Source of the DNA: Catajapyx aquilonaris
Taxonomy: Eukaryota
NCBI GenBank assembly: GCA_000934665.2
Contig: JYFJ02003765.1
Coordinates: 1-37,838 of the forward strand
Length of the DNA stretch: 37,838 nucleotides
Direction: 5' to 3'
Within the stretch, counting starts at the first letter, position 1. Each line of letters starts with the position of its first letter. Positions 35,703-37,838 of this stretch are shown in pieces. The position numbers were made by a program, and so were the translations under genes. Below the pieces are notes generated by a model that saw only the letters and a program-made list of their open reading frames with translations, did not search any database and was not told where the DNA came from.

Positions 35703-36552
35703 ATGTTCAAGGTAAGAGGTGATTGCGAGGAGTGTTGCAGCAATAGGCAGATCAGAGGTAATAGGCCAATAGCCTATGTCCTGGAAAGTGCATGATGTTT
35801 CAACAGTGACTGATGTCTTCTAGGTTTTCGTCTTGGTTGCCCTTGTGGCAGTTGCCCATGCCGGCGTGGCTCCCTATGCCGCACCTCTGGCTGTGGCCGC
35901 CCCTGTGGCCGAATATGACCCTCATCCACAGTACAGCTACTCGTACAGTGTTAGTGATGCCCTGACCGGGGACAACAAGGGTCATCAGGAGAGCCGAGAT
36001 GGTGACGTGGTTGTAGGCAGCTACACCGTGGCCGACCCCGATGGCACCATCCGTACTGTGTCCTACCAGGCTGACCCCCTGAATGGATTCAATGCCGTCA
36101 TCGACCGTCAGGTCAGTTGACTACAATAATACTAATTTTGGACTATGACTTATCCACTGCCTTGTTGACAGGCTGTGGCCGTGAAGGCTCCCGTTGTGGC
36201 CGCTGCCCCTGTGGCCCATGTTGCCGCCCCTGTGGCTCATTATGGTGCTGGTTATGGTTATGGCGGTCATGGATTGGCCCATGGTGTCGTTGGTGCCCAT
36301 CATGGTCTGGGTTATGGAGCTCATGGCGTTGCTCTGGGTCATCATGGTGTTGGTCTTGGTCATGGTCTTGGTCATGGTCTTGCTCTGGGCCATCATGGTT
36401 TTGGCCATGCTGGTCTGCGTGTGGGTCACCATGGCGTTGGCCTGGGTCATCATGGAGTTGGCCTGGGTCATGGTCTGGGTTATGGCCATGGTGGTCTGGC
36501 CTATGGCGCTGGCTACGGCTATGGCGCCGGCCTGGGACACCATCTGGGTTAA
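35703..36552 (+). CDS. RR-2 cuticular protein with Gly/His-rich C-terminus, 225 aa; exons 35703-35711, 35824-36111, 36172-36552
   Basis: ATG TTC AAG|gtaag; signal peptide [18 protein letters not shown]-2 domain [66 protein letters not shown]; same intron positions and phases as gene 1; AATAAA at 36676-36681. Confidence 0.95.
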
Positions 36553-37838
36553 TCTGCAAGTTACCTTTTTGCATCTTTACACCAGTACTCTTTGTACTGC
36601 AATATGACTGATTGAAATTTTCTTATTCTCAACTATGTACCTTTATTTGTATTTATACTACCTTCTTATGCTGGTAATAAAGGATTTGTTCTTACATTAC
36701 GTTGTATTTTTTCAGTAGCCTAAACGCAATTTTTACATGGGCTTACCTGTGATAACATTTATCGAGGAGTTAACTACTGTGCTGTTACTATTTTGAGACG
36801 AAGTTCGTCTTCACGTATACAGTACGGCTTTCCTGTCTTCGCAGCTTTTTTTCACAGGAAGTTGATATACACAAGAAGCATTCAATACACCGAGACGACA
36901 CTGTCAATATATTACTTGCTGAATCATTGTACAGTTCTCCGTGTTTCATATCCAGTGCACCCTGCGACATACAGACAAGCGTCTGGGCCCAGCGGAATCC
37001 ATCTTCTATCCGGCCAATCAGAGACGGGCACTCCCCAGCGCCACAGGAGAATTGGTGGCATACTCGCGTACTTCTGTATACCCTAGATACAGTACCTAGA
37101 ATACAGTATGGAAACGAACTCAAGGCATGGACACATGATAATTTTTTTGTGAAAGTTTCATTGTAATCTGTTGAACCATTTTCATTTTATCGCAGGAAAC
37201 CAAAATGCCATTTCAGTCTATAACACAGCGCAACAAAAAAAAACTTTCGGCGTGTTATTCGGAAATCACTATGTACATCATGTTAGTAGGACCCAAAGTA
37301 GCTGGGAAACGCCCGGGATTTCTCTCCCAAAATGTGCAGGGGGTCAGGGTGACCAAAAATCCGAAAAATTCGAAATATTGACGTTTTTTTGGCTTATTTC
37401 CAGGTCTGGCAACCACTGTAAGTTTCGGATTTGGTTTTTGCTGGCATTAGGTGTTACCTGGGACTAGTCTGAAGCCACCATGGTGATTAAAGTCAATCTT
37501 TTATAGAAACTGTAGGTTTTCCAGGGTCCTTTTTATGGGAAAAATTCCGTTTTTTGGTACTTTTTCGTCAATTTTTGGGGAACAGTGTATGGACTTTTTT
37601 TTAAAAAAGTGTAGCGTAATGGGCTCTTTAGAGACCCTACAATCAAGGAATAATAGTAGAACTTTCCTATGCAACCCTAGTACGCGTGTGCAAAAGTCTA
37701 ATCTTGGCTAAAATCGCGTTTTTTCGCATTTTTGGTGATTTGACTTTTTTCAACATTTAAAACCAAATATTCCTCGGCTTTAAAATAAATGAATTCTTCT
37801 TAGTCTAACAAACTGTCAGGGACCCCCATAGTATGGAA

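Noticed and set aside
36117..36611. Several long overlapping ORFs (His/Asp/Gln-rich antisense, Trp/Ser-rich, Met/Val-rich)
   Set aside because: Alternative-frame shadows of the repetitive Gly/His cuticular exon; no independent gene signals.
37285..37838. T/A-run-rich sequence resembling the interior of a non-autonomous DNA transposon
   Set aside because: Runs off the window; no TIR pair or TSD can be verified.

Overview
Eukaryotic, arthropod (most likely hexapod/insect) genomic DNA; no prokaryotic features are present. There are five protein-coding loci. (1) The first four coding exons of a minus-strand MFS sugar transporter (Tret1/GLUT8-like) that runs off the left edge. (2) Two three-exon RR-2 cuticular protein genes with identical exon structure, at 13133-13834 (-) and 35703-36552 (+). 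(3) Between them, two convergent ecdysteroid-kinase-like (EcKL) paralogs with uninterrupted CDSs: one intact (24695-25930 +) and one split by a 417-bp SINE with a perfect 15-bp TSD just before the catalytic HGD motif (29079-30782 -). The order CPR(-), EcKL(+), EcKL(-), CPR(+) is mirror-symmetric. Non-coding DNA is packed with small mobile elements: several MITE families with definable TIRs/TSDs (three nested pairs), an internally deleted PIF/Harbinger element retaining the starts of both its genes, four TSD-bounded tRNA-derived SINEs sharing a 3' motif, a probable Helitron and decayed LINE fragments. There are also many TA-NNN-TA motifs and spacerless palindromes that look like excision scars. 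Nothing here proves a new biological system; the best candidate is the CPR-EcKL mirror cassette. All calls are by eye, with no database searches.
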